From Eledone cirrhosa (lineage: Eukaryota), in assembly GCA_964016885.1 (NCBI GenBank), contig OZ024742.1:267778001-267842000 (forward strand): a DNA stretch of 64,000 nt, read 5' to 3'. The translations under genes and the position numbers were made by a program. A model generated the notes under the pieces. That model saw only the letters and a list, made by a program, of their open reading frames with translations. It was not told the DNA's origin and made no database searches. Positions 13,599 through 25,665 of the stretch are shown one piece after another (the first letter of the stretch is position 1; the number at the start of each line of letters is the position of its first letter).

Positions 13599-13622
13599 TG
13601 TGTGTGTATGTGTCTGTGTATA

Positions 13623-14073
13623 TCTATATATATAAAACTGATGTTGTCTGTGTGTGTGTGTGTCCTCATTTTTGCAAAGTCTATACAAATCCACATTTCT
13701 ACTCCGATTGACTTCAACCTTGCGGTTTAAAGATATTAAGTGCAGCTTTTATTTTTCAATTTTCTGTTGTTGAAGGGGGTGTTAGGCGCCCGTTATCCAT
13801 CTCCGTCGCGCTCTTATAATACCTGTCTGTATACCTGGTTGTCTGCATTACGACATTCTGTCGAACATTGATGACGTATTATGTTCGCTATTATCCGTTC
13901 ATTACCAGGGAACGTCTTCACGAACCGAAGTATCGTCTTCCTGTTTTCCTTCGGTTGCAACGTTTTTCGAAATATTTACTTCTGCGTTCACAGATTGATG
14001 TTTTTAGTTTCAGAAGATCCCGTTAAGGGTGAAAGCAACGATTATTTGCTTAAAGTGTAATCTGTTATTTTAA
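13623..14073 (+). mobile_element. Helitron 5' portion carrying a PLE family-A pLTR with a HHR-like motif
   Basis: Starts TCTATATATATAAAACTG and is homologous to 46480-46942(-). It ends in the family-A pLTR (HHR-like motif at 14006-14056). Confidence 0.75.
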
Positions 14074-14187
14074 TCTATATATGTATATATATAAAACTGA
14101 GGAAGGATGTATGTATGTATGTATGTATGTATGTATGTATGTATGTATGTATGTATGTATGTATGTATGTATGTATGAATGTATGTA

Positions 14188-14228
<41 letters not shown>

Positions 14229-14830
14229 GTGTGTGTGTGTGTGTAAAGCCCGAGAAGTACCCAACCGACCTTTTTCAAACTTTAGATGTGTATTACTTAT
14301 ATTTCAGGGAGTGTTATGCATATAAAACAAATTCAACTTTTTGCTCCCCTAGGACGCGCATTAGGTGAGAAATTGTGTTTTTTCCAGCTTTTTAAGGGTT
14401 TTTTGAGGCGTTACCTCAGACCGATTGCCTTGAAATTGTAACTATGTATTAGTCCGTCTCTTCTTCATACCGTGAGCAAAGAAAATCCAACTTTTTCATG
14501 GCCTAGATCCAGCAGTACGTGAATAACTTTATTTTGTTCAGCTTTTTAGGGCTTTTTTGAGACATTACGTCTAGCCGATTTTCCCGAAATTTCAAGGCAT
14601 ATTATGCACATAAAAAAAATTCATTTTCTTGATCCATTAGGGCCCGCATTAGGTGAAAAACCTGCCTTTTTCCTACTTCATCGAGGAAAATCTTAGATTA
14701 TCCAGCCATCAGAGTATTCGGTTTATTTTTTTTACATATTGTGTAGGCATGCAGTTTTTCCACGATTAGATGTTGGTGGCCCGCGTTCCAAAATACCTTA
14801 TCCCGTGCAACGCCTCAGTACTACTGCTAG
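14074..14830 (+). mobile_element. Non-autonomous Helitron (nested)
   Basis: 5' TC, 3' cccgtgcaacgcc...ctgCTAG, at an A|T site immediately after the pLTR end of the preceding element. Confidence 0.85.
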
Positions 14831-14950
14831 TATATATTATTATTATTGTTGTTGCTATTATTATTGTCGTTATTATCGATAACGAAGGGGAACCCATCAT
14901 CCCATCATCGCGTATGTATGTATGTATTTATGTATGTATTTATGTATGTC

Positions 14951-15558
14951 AGGTCACCAGTTGGTGCTACTGGTAACATGTATCCCAGTACAACCTGTCT
15001 CATGGTCGAGTCGTTGGCGACTAAACTGGCAACCCCACCAAGGTTTCTTGGTGAGGAGGGTGACTTTGGACATCCTGCAGGACTAAAAACAAAACCTGTC
15101 AAAGGGCAAAGGAGCTCTTAAGAGTCAATGGCCATCCAAAATCACCGGGAGAGATGACCCCTTAGCCTTTGTCAAGGCAGAATTCTAGGAGAAGGAAAAC
15201 TCTGATATAACACCCGCAACTCTGATGGTATCCAATGATGTTGAATTGTTCTTCTTTTTGGTAAATATCATCTTAGTTAAGAGAGTGGGACTGGCTTTGT
15301 GCAGTGCCTTTCCTCACTATAAAAGCTTCACGGCACAGGCATTGCTTTATATCTGGAGATCTCTCTGCACTTGTCATCACATGGTACCATGCACCCAGCA
15401 CTATGTGTCAATAATTGTCACAAGTGTAGCGTTTGTACCTACCAGAGTTTTCAAGTTGCTGGCTGGACTAAAAATTCACACTCGTTCAGCGCATCGGTAG
15501 GGGTTCTCCTACATATAAAGTAGTGGCCGTACTCGAAAACGAGTTGGCAGCCACCATT
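14951..15558 (+). mobile_element. Non-autonomous RTE-derived element in (ATGT)n
   Basis: Homologous to 11341-11886 and flanked on both sides by ATGT repeats. Confidence 0.7.
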
Positions 15559-16049
15559 TATGTATGTATGTATCCATGTATGCATGCATGTGTGTATTTA
15601 TGTGTGTATGTGTGTGTGTATCTATGCATGCACGTATGTATATAGTTATGAATGTATGTATCTATGTATGTACGCATTCATGTATATATATATATATATA
15701 TATATATATTTCCTGAATATATAAATATATATATATATGTGTGTGCTTGCGTGTCTGTGTTTTCATGTGTGTATATGAGTATATGTTTACGTACATATTT
15801 GTAAGTGCTTGTGTTTTTGTAACTGTGAGAGTGAAAGGGAGGGGCATAGAGTGAGAGGGTAGCAGTAACAATGATAAGCATAGAATATATCCGACTTCCA
15901 GGGAAATCTTGACATATCAGCTGACGTAAATCTATTGCGTTCGTTGGTCATTTAATAATCAGATCACATAGACCTGACATACCTGACAAGATTCCAAATT
16001 GTTCCGTCGGGATTTCATCTAGTATTCACAATTTACTAAGAAATTTAGA

Positions 16050-16101
<52 letters not shown>

Positions 16102-16127
16102 TCTCTCGCCCTCTCTCTCTCTCTCTT

Positions 16128-16166
<39 letters not shown>

Positions 16167-16306
16167 TTCCTCTCTTTCTATCCCTCTCTCTCTCTTTCTC
16201 TCCCTCTCCCTATCTCCCTCTCTTTCCCTTACTCCCTCTCTCTCTCTCGGACATCCTCTCTCACACACACGCACACATATAAACGTTTATACAGGTACAT
16301 ATATAT

Positions 16307-16410
<104 letters not shown>

Positions 16411-17741
16411 TCAGTGTTGGTCGAAACATTCCGGATATGTCAGCTCGTGTTGCTTTCGTGAAACAATGCCGATGATAAATTCCGTATATACACACTCATG
16501 TGCTGAATCATGAATCTATTTTGGTTTTTCAAGTCTTGGAATCCGGATAGAATTATTTGCTAGTCTGTCTACTACTGAGAAGCCAGATGACAACAATAAA
16601 GCTAAACGTGTGTCGGCCTTGCCGTAATTCACACAGGTTTCGAATTTCCTATGCAACTCGATAACTGTTGATGCGGTCGCATCCTATCAACAACCATTTG
16701 AGTATGATTTAAATATGTATTATATATTCAAACACATTTATAGATGGGTGCGCCAGAAACCGTTAGATCTGGGTATTTTTCTTGTACGATTGTTACACGC
16801 TGTGTATGTACAAGACCTTTGAAGAAATGAAACACTTCCTATTCTGAGACAATGAATTCATTCCGGTTATCATTGAGCGCTCATCGGATTATTCCATATA
16901 TATTATCCACTCGTGTACCGTTGACGACGACAGATTCCTATCGTGCGTGTATATATATATGTACACACGCATATATATCCATGGTATGTGTATCTGTCAG
17001 TAGGTGTGTGTGTGTGTGGGTGCGTACGTAGACCCACATATGACAGGGTATGTCTATATGTTTATATGCGGGTACAGGTACTTGTGTGTAGATATATGTA
17101 CAGGTCTGTGTCTGTGCGTGTATGTGGGCTTATGTCTTTGGAAGTGTGTCTGTCCTATGCCTATCCATAAGGATATGCGTGTATGTGCGTGTGTGTGTGT
17201 CTATGTATGTGTCTGAGAGTGTTTGTATATATATGTGCAGATGTGCCTGAACGCCGATATGTGTCTTTGTATGCGTGTACGTGTGTGTCTGCGCGTGTGT
17301 GCGCGTGTGCGTGCGTGTGAGACCGGATGTAAGGGGCTGTATAGGCAGGCACCAATAGGCATGTGGTGATCTGTATGAGGGTGTGGGTGTGCTTGGGTAT
17401 GTGTAAGAGAGGGAGAATGTGTGTGTGTATATATGTGCATGGGGGTATGTGTGTGTGCCTGCGAGTGGGTATGTGTGTGTGTGTATTTGTGTGTGTATGT
17501 GTATATGTGGGTACATACTCCGGAGTGTGAACAGACGTATGAGATACCAAACCCAGCATGGCTCCATTGAAGTATGTCGGACGGATAATGGCTGATGACC
17601 AGTGTAGCATTAAATAGTGACCAGAATTTATGATGCCGTAGAAAAACAACAGCCAATGGCATGACAAGAGTGGAAGATGTTTTTTGGAGGTGTTTTTGAT
17701 GATAACACCCCAGTGAGAAAATTTGCTCCGAAAGAAGTGCA

Positions 17742-17842
17742 TGTGTCTGAAGAAATCTGCAGCCGTAGAATCAGCCAGATCCACACAGATCGATACAATG
17801 ATCATGTCTCCAGCTACCTGTCGGCGAAACAATTGTAACACG
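17742..17842 (+). ncRNA. Type I hammerhead ribozyme (family E, long domain II)
   Basis: TGTGT CTGAAGA ...~70 nt... GAA ACAATTGT A ACACG. The homolog at 52128-52220 has a covarying stem I. Confidence 0.7.
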
Positions 17843-17970
17843 ATGCAGCACTGATTTTTCGTTTGTTTATACTATTCACACTCAGCTCTGTAAGATTATT
17901 GAGTGCTAATTTGGCATACCGCCTATGGAAGCACCATATCTACCATTATACACACGTATATATATATATA

Positions 17971-18092
17971 GTGAAGGCGTGTGGCTGAGTGGTTAGAGTA
18001 TTGGATTCACAATCGTGAGGTTGTGAGTTCGATTCCTGAACCAGGCGATGCGTTATGTCCTTGAGCAAGACACTTTATTTCACGTTGCTCCT
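17971..18092 (+). mobile_element. tRNA-derived SINE head (second family)
   Basis: A box tggctgagtgg and B box gagttcgattcc, then gtccttgagcaagacactt typical of tRNA SINE bodies. It follows (TA)n. Confidence 0.8.
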
Positions 18093-18191
18093 TCTACCTG
18101 GAGTTGCGACCGATAGATAGTATTAGCAATTGGAAAGACCAACGGAAACATAGTTTCCTCGGTCCGATTTGACGAAAGTCGATCGACTAGA

Positions 18192-18256
<65 letters not shown>

Positions 18257-18431
18257 ATTTAGTATATCTACCAACATATGCGTACAGATGTACACTAATG
18301 CTAGCAAATACATAAGTTATGTCATAGTACCTAGGTGGTTCAATGCAGGAGGATGCAGAACAATAATATGAAAGACGTAAAATAAGAAAATTTAAAAAAA
18401 ATTAAAAATTAACTTACTTACTAAAATTTTC

Positions 18432-18513
18432 ACTCCAACTAATTAGTTTCTGTAATGGGATAAAGATAGTTACGTAATATAACCATCGAGAATTCATTAC
18501 GTCATCAGGGAGT
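18432..18513 (-). ncRNA. Type I hammerhead ribozyme (family C)
   Basis: Minus strand reads ACTCC CTGATGA CGTAATG...CATTACA GAA ACTAATTAGT T GGAGT, with a perfect palindromic stem III. Confidence 0.85.
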
Positions 18514-18968
18514 CTATTCTCAGCTAAGTCTCCAGGCAATGCGCGGACACTGGGGACTCATATAAAAATAATAATAATTCGGTGGATGGAACAGCTAGCG
18601 GGGACTGGATTCCATGCACTGAAAAAGTTCGCTGTCTCTGGTCAAATGGCAGATTCCAAAGAATCAATCACGTGACACTGAGGCTAGTTCCGACTAGCCT
18701 CAGTGTCAGGAGTGGGTTGGTAAGATGACAGAAGCCTACTACCACACCAATGAATTAGTAGTGGTTTTGGCAGGTTTGCTCAACAAATAAATAATTTGGA
18801 GATAAATATAGAAAATTTAGTATATCTACCAACATATGCGTACACATGTACACTAATGCTAGCAAATACATAAGTTATGTCATAGTACCTAGGTGGTTCA
18901 ATGCAGGAAGATGCAGAACAATAATATGAAAGACGTAAAATAAGAACATTTTAAAAAGCTCAGAATAG

Positions 18969-19050
18969 ACTCCCTGATGACGTAATGAATTCTCGATGGT
19001 TATATTACGTATCTATCTTTATCCCATTACAGAAACTAACTAGTTGGAGT
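18969..19050 (+). ncRNA. Type I hammerhead ribozyme (family C, inverted copy)
   Basis: ACTCC CTGATGA CGTAATG...CATTACA GAA ACTAACTAGT T GGAGT. Confidence 0.8.
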
Positions 19051-19129
19051 GAAAATATTAGTAAGTTAATTTTTAATTTTTTTTTAATTTTCTTATTTTA
19101 CGTCTTTCATATATATATATATATTTATT

Positions 19130-19212
<83 letters not shown>

Positions 19213-19312
19213 TATATGTCATAGTACCTAGGTAGTTCAATGCAGGAGGATGCAGAACAATAATATGAAAGACGTAAAATAAGAAAAACCACAAACCCTC
19301 CATCTCAACTCA

Positions 19313-19350
19313 CCTTTTGAAAAGCAGAAGAACTGCGAAACCGGTAAAGG
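19313..19350 (+). ncRNA. Minimal type I hammerhead, U3-A8 core variant
   Basis: CCTT TTGAAAA GCAG AAGAA CTGC GAA ACCGGT A AAGG: all three stems are perfect and C3-G8 is replaced by U3-A8. Confidence 0.75.
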
Positions 19351-19419
19351 AACCAAATAAATATATATATTTAAAAAAAAAATAAGACTTCAGTTGCATT
19401 TTCGATTTCATCCCTTTTT

Positions 19420-19630
<211 letters not shown>

Positions 19631-19744
19631 TATATACATATATATATATATATACGTTTGTATATGTATAATAACGCCCAAAAAATGCAGGTATGGACAT
19701 AGAATAAAGAATGCAAATGCAAAAGATATTGTTGACAATTAGTC

Positions 19745-21236
19745 TTTTACCTTAGATTTATTTAAATGTCCTTAATTTTCGAGATAATATCTCTTCTTCG
19801 GACGAAGTAAAGCGGTTAAACCAGTGTTCTAAATAGCTTGCCAAGTCATGCTGACAGGAAATGGTATAGAATTATCTGTTCTATCGCTAATGTCAAAGAG
19901 TTAAGGTTAGGTGGATAAAGAGTAGTCTCCCTTTAAATGTTTTTTTGTTGTTGTACATGCCTGTTTAAGTGTGTGGGAGAATGCATGAAGGTGTATGTGA
20001 GTGTGTGTGTGTGAGTGTGAGAAGATATGTCTATACGTAAATGTGGGGGATAGATGTTATCTCGTGTTAGAACTGGTCTTTGTGTGTGTATGTGTGTGTG
20101 TGAGAGAGAATACGTGGAGGTGTAAGCGTGTTGTGCGTGTGGGGGGGGGGGTGTAAACATGGGGCTAGAAGCTCTATAGAGTTATAAATTGTGTGTTGAG
20201 TTCTAGTCTATTGTTGATTGGTGGTTGTGTTTTGTCTATAATCAGTGCTTCCTTAATTCTAAGATTGCAAAGGTTTCTTTCCTTAGTTTCTATCCTAACT
20301 GTTATGGTTTTGACGGTGTTTTTGCATTTAACTAGGTGTTTCTTAAATGAGGAAGAGTTAGTATTGCGGTGTTCTTTTATTCTTATGTGGCGTGGTCTGG
20401 TGGTGCTACCTACGTAGAACTTGCTACATTTGTCACACTCTAGTCTGTATACGACGTAAGCCTGGTGGCATAGGTCTGTGTCGTTGATGGGGCAGTCGGC
20501 TAGCTTGCAGCAGTTGTCATGTCTGGTGGAGTGTCTTTTGGTTAGCTGTCCGCGTAGAGAAGGACCTGAGTGGGCCAGTTGGATATCTAGTCCCTCTCGT
20601 CTGATAGCTCTGCGGATGGCTGTTGTTGTTTCGTCACTGAAGTGTGGGAGCTTCAGGAATCAAGTGTTAGTGCCGCGGGTGTGGTGTCCTCTGTTCTTTC
20701 TGGCACGGTTTGTGGTGGATGTCGTGTATCTGTTCAGTTTGAGTACTTCCAGGAAATGTGTGGTGTGTGTGTCTCGGTCTCTAGCGTCGGTGCATTTGTT
20801 CCGGATACGTCCTAGTTCGTTCCTTTTGTATCCGAACTTAGCGCCGGCTGGGAGGGCCGATCTGAAATGTACGAACAGGTCCCTGCTGGCGGCTTTTTTA
20901 TAGAAGCAGGTGTGGATGTTGCCTTCCTCTGTTACCCTGAGTTGGAAGTCCAGTAGGGATAGGGATCCGCGGTCATCGGCGTGTCCCATGCTGAACTTTA
21001 TACTGGCGTCCATGCTGGAGAATGTTGTGTATATATTATCTGCCCCCTCACGGGATGATGTAAGGATGAGTATGTTATCTACATATCGGGTGAAGAAGGT
21101 ATGGGAATGGCAGGTGCTGAGGGCTCGGCATTCTAGCTGGTTCATATAGGTGATGGCCAGCAGGCCCGATAGGCTGGATCCCATGGGTAATCCTGTTGTC
21201 CGTCTGTATGTGTCGTGGTGGTGGTGGAAGGTGAAG
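19745..21236 (-). pseudogene. 5'-truncated PLE (RT plus GIY-YIG) with 3' UTR and degenerate HHR
   Basis: The ORF 20660..21325 contains GLPMGSSLSGLLA, TRYVDNIL and LSLLDF. Downstream is VVYRLECDKCSKFYVGSTTRP. CCGAAGA-GAGAT/ATCTC-GAAA lies at ~19765-19805. Both ends are near (TA)n. Confidence 0.85.
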
Positions 21237-21261
21237 TATATATATATATATATAAGAATTA

Positions 21262-21299
<38 letters not shown>

Positions 21300-21301
<2 letters not shown>

Positions 21302-22125
21302 GAAAAAAATGAAACGAAATTTCATTTCTCACACTTAGTACGGCTGTTACTTAAATATAAGTATGTATACGTACATACATATATGTATACAGTCGCACAG
21401 TATTATGTATATATATATATACATACATGCACACATATATATATATGTACGTATGGATTCAACGAACATTTATGATAATGCTCGGTGTGTTTTTAAACAA
21501 ACATCCCGAATTAAGCCGTACAGTGTCTAGCAACCATCGTTGTTCATTTGTTCAACACTGCCAAATGAAAGATGTACTAGTTTCAAGCTTATTAGCTATC
21601 GTCAGCAACGTATACCTACTTGCCAGATGATGGAACGTCTGAAAGTATATACTTGCCTTATGCATATTAACGGCTGAGCCATACGTACATATATATATAT
21701 GTGCATGTATGTATATATATATATAGATACTACTGTGCGTCTGTATACATATATGTATGTACGTATACATACTTATATTTAAGTAACAGCCGTACTAAAA
21801 GTGAGAAATTAAATTTCTTTTCATTTTTTCCGTTTATCGTTTTCGATGCCCCCGCCGATTAACTCACTCAGTATTCAAATTAGGCTGCTCAGCCGTTAAT
21901 ATGCATAAGGAAAGTATATACTTTCAGACGTTCAATCATCTGGCAGGAAGGTATACGTTGCTGACAATAGCTAATAAGCTTGAAACTAGTACAGCGTTCC
22001 TTTGTCAGTGTTGAACAAATGAGCAACGATGGTTGCTAGATACTGTAAGGCTTAATTCGGGATGTTTGTTTATAATAACACCGAGCATTATAATAAATAT
22101 TCGGTTAATCCATACGTACATATAT
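21300..22125. mobile_element. Retrozyme-like non-coding element (family B) in inverted configuration
   Basis: 21300-21680 is followed by an inverted copy of more than one monomer (ccatacgtacatatat at 21679 and 22110, ~430 bp period). HHRs lie at 21570-21610(-) and 21955-21997(+, G8A). It is flanked by (TA)n. Confidence 0.8.
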
Positions 22126-22130
22126 ATATG

Positions 22131-22191
<61 letters not shown>

Positions 22192-22194
22192 ATA

Positions 22195-22779
22195 TAGTGA
22201 AAATAAGAACGGGAACAAAACAGAGAGGCAGTACGAACAAAGGTGTATTAGTTTCACGACCTTGAGAGTGGGGGGTGGGGGACGACGTTTCGTGCATACG
22301 CCCTTCTTCAGTCGAAAAGTGTGTGGGAAGAGAGTTCCGAGGGTGTTTAGGGGAGTGGGGGAGAGACATTAGAAAAAAGGGGGTGAGGAAAAGGAGGATA
22401 AACGGTGGAAGGGGTACAAATAAAAATAAATATAAACAAAGTAAAAATAAAAATAAACATGAAGATAAACAAGTGGTGGAAGGTTGTGGGGCGTGTAGGG
22501 GTGGTAGCGGGTGGAGTGGGGAGTGGGAGCCGGGGTGTCCGAGCGGGGAGGGCTGAAGGTGGTGTATGTGTGTGTGTGTATGTAGAGTGGGTGGTGTAAG
22601 TGGGTGTGGGTGGGTGTGTGTGTTCGTGTGCGTATGGTAGGGGGATGTTAGTGGTATTAGTTGCGGGGTGGTGTGAGTGGATGTGTGTGTGAGGGTTATT
22701 GGTGGTAGTAGGGTGTGTGGATAGTGTGAGTGCGTGTATATATGTACCGGTGGGTGTGTGCGTGAGAGGGGACGGAGGA

Positions 22780-22782
<3 letters not shown>
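22195..22782 (-). mobile_element. PLE-like 3' UTR/pLTR remnant with a degenerate HHR-like motif
   Basis: CA-rich stretch between (TA)n tracts. The minus strand has CTGAAGA AGGGCGTATGCAC GAAACGTCGTC at ~22280-22312, but stem I does not pair. Confidence 0.4.
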
Positions 22783-22874
<92 letters not shown>

Positions 22875-25480
22875 TATATACATATATATATAAAAACTTA
22901 AAGTCTATTATTCTCGAGATATTAATGTACATAGACTTTCTGAAAGAAGGACCGGCATGCATCCAGTTAATTGTCTGTAAATATGTTGCTATGGAGACGA
23001 ACGAGAAAGGCACTTTTTTCTCCTTGCTCCGGTTTATTCAGTTGTAGACATGTTTGCAGCGTCACTTATGCCAAGCTGTATCGGACATTTCCTTTCCTTT
23101 TAACAACAAAATGGAAAATGGAGAGCGATATGCATGGGTGACTGGTGGCCTTCCACAACAACGTTGCCCAGAATTGTGCCCCTGAAATGAACTTCCTAGG
23201 TGCAAACCCGCTGGCCATTCGTGAGCGAAGGTTGTCATTACTCTTTGCCATCTTTTACTTAATGTATGTCTAACATGTTTAATGCAAGAAGGATAATATA
23301 GCAAATTATAGATACTTTTTGTGCCAGTATAAAAATAGACCCTGGATGATACTACTGATGGAAGTACAGAAACGCTGGATATATTATTATTCTTATGACT
23401 GCCTTAGCTAAGTATAACCTATTAAATACTTGCAATTATAGCGTTAGTAGAATTATTAAGTAAACGGAAAATAAAACACAAACACATACACAGATACAAA
23501 CACAAAATACACGCAAATTTAAACTATTAATAACAAGCTATTTGCCATTCCCTCTCCCTAAACCGACAATTCAGACAAATAATATCATTCGCTTCTCCTG
23601 ATTTGTTCGCAGCCATGCCTCATTCCCATTTAGGAATATGTAGAATATTTTCCTATTCATGTTACCTAGACTTGAGTAGTTTCCATAAAATACACGGAGA
23701 GACATTATACTAAATACCAGATGATATTTAAGATTTTCAAGTCGGTTTATTCTGCATGTAAGCAATGTTGATATGTATAGAGAGAATGTTATTTACTGAC
23801 GCCGGTATATGTAAAAATAATTCCATTTATTTATCTTTATGTACGGAAATGACTTGGCTTACGTTCATAGCTAATCTGATCAGAAGTGGTATAATAAAAC
23901 TTGAAAGCTATAAAACACCAAGTACAGTATATATCTTACTCCTCTTCCTTCCTACCATCTGTCGGTCGTTGTGATATATCAACCCATATAAAAACGGACG
24001 CTAGCATAATTCTCCCTAATATGTTGTATAAGATTATAGTATTGATGAATTAGCTTTTTAAAGCGAATTGTTCTGGTTGACAGGTGACCTTAATCATAAT
24101 ATCTGAACAGGGGAAAAATGGCTTTCATTGAATTGAATATCGAAAGGAACTTATCCGTTACGAATGGTTAATTTATCGGTTTAATGTCCATTTATGATTC
24201 GAGATTCAGCTCTCTTTTATCCTCCAATTTAATTGATTGACGGTATTGTCTTTGAGTTATACTATATTATCTTTTTAATTATCCAGTCCCGGGTGTGATC
24301 ATTGAGCGAAGTAAAAATCGGTGCACCAAAATTATATTTCACTAGTGTAGTGGAATATTCTGTTGATTTCTTTGCATCATCTATTTTATCGTTTCCGCCA
24401 CTTCAGTGGCTACCTTCTGATTTGCTAATAGTGTTGACTCTCATTACTTGTTTCTCACATAAAATTTTACAAATATCTAAGTTCACATTTTATAATCTCA
24501 TATAAATTTCCAAACAAATGAATAAAACGCCTATCTTATGCTATTCATCTTCACACCTTTGCTTCACACCATTGTTGTTTCAGGCTTACATAACCGAGTT
24601 TGAAACCGTATTGTACTGTATATTGATGCTGTTTTAGATAGTGACTCACAGTATATGTTATGCGAAATGTTCAACTCTAAGTAATATAAAGAGAATGATA
24701 TGAATATCATATAATATAAATATCATATCATATAACGAGAATCATAAAATTCTGGTCACTCGGTTGCTGATTGTAGTGTTGTTGCCAATACTCATATCTT
24801 GTGTAACAAACAACTCCATTATCCAATGTGTTCTTGCATTTTAAGGTGAAGTATGATGTAAAACAAATGTGACTACGATTTTCAGAAGCTGGAATAAATT
24901 GCTGTTGTAGTAAATGCAGTTGATTTTGGTTGCTGAGTAAGGTTTGGTGGTAGCGTTGATACATTTTAATATGGGTGTTCTCCAGAGGTGATATGCTCAA
25001 AATGTATCGTGTGTTTCTTTGTATTAAGATTGAGAAACATCTACCTTTTTATGACAGATTTGTGTATTATATAACAGTGACATCATGAACTAGATGTCCT
25101 TGGCATAGCGGGCCCCTAAAAATAATAATTTACATACCTGGTATCATTGATCCTTATCATTTAGATCTTTATCTTTGTCTCCATAACCATCAAATAACAT
25201 TCAAATCCACCTAATTATTTTTGTACAGAGAATATACATTTTCCGCCCAGGAAAATAGTCATGGACTTGTTTCTGAGAATATTTCGCTCACATCAACTAA
25301 CAGATATAAGCACCGTATATCTTAAGCCTCATAGCCAGGAAAAACATGAATCAAGCTTTAAAAAGATTTATTGGAAGCTAATTAATGCTTTAAGGCTTCT
25401 TAATTGAATCGAAAGAATCGAAAATTGTATATGCATTGATAAAATGCACACTAATGCTCATATACTGTTAGATTTTGTAA

Positions 25481-25665
25481 TAATAATTGTTTCTACTTTT
25501 GGCACAAGCCCAGCAATTATCCCAGTGCATTACTGGTGCTTTATTTCATCGACCCCGTATGGAATAAAGGCAAAGTTAACCTCGTCGGGATTTGAATTCA
25601 GACCGTAAAGGGCCGTAACTCTATGCTACAAAGCATGGCGTCCGACCCTCTACCGATACTGCCAA
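25481..25665 (-). mobile_element. tRNA-derived SINE
   Basis: Same family as 3235-3424. Confidence 0.85.

Larger units (their letters stand above)
18254..19110. mobile_element. Retrozyme-like non-coding element (family C, ~557-bp monomer plus inverted arm)
   Basis: 18254-18395 is repeated at ~18812-18955, and 18956-19110 is an inverted copy of ~18367-18525. Each orientation has a HHR. Another fragment lies at 19216-19288. Confidence 0.8.

Noticed and set aside
17971-18045. tRNA gene
   Set aside because: The acceptor stem is imperfect and the sequence continues into a SINE body.
25045-25140. Possible minus-strand host exon (ttttag|GGGCCC...AAAAG|gtagat)
   Set aside because: It is short, has no recognisable homology, and the neighbouring donor would imply a ~22-nt intron. 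It cannot be supported without RNA data.
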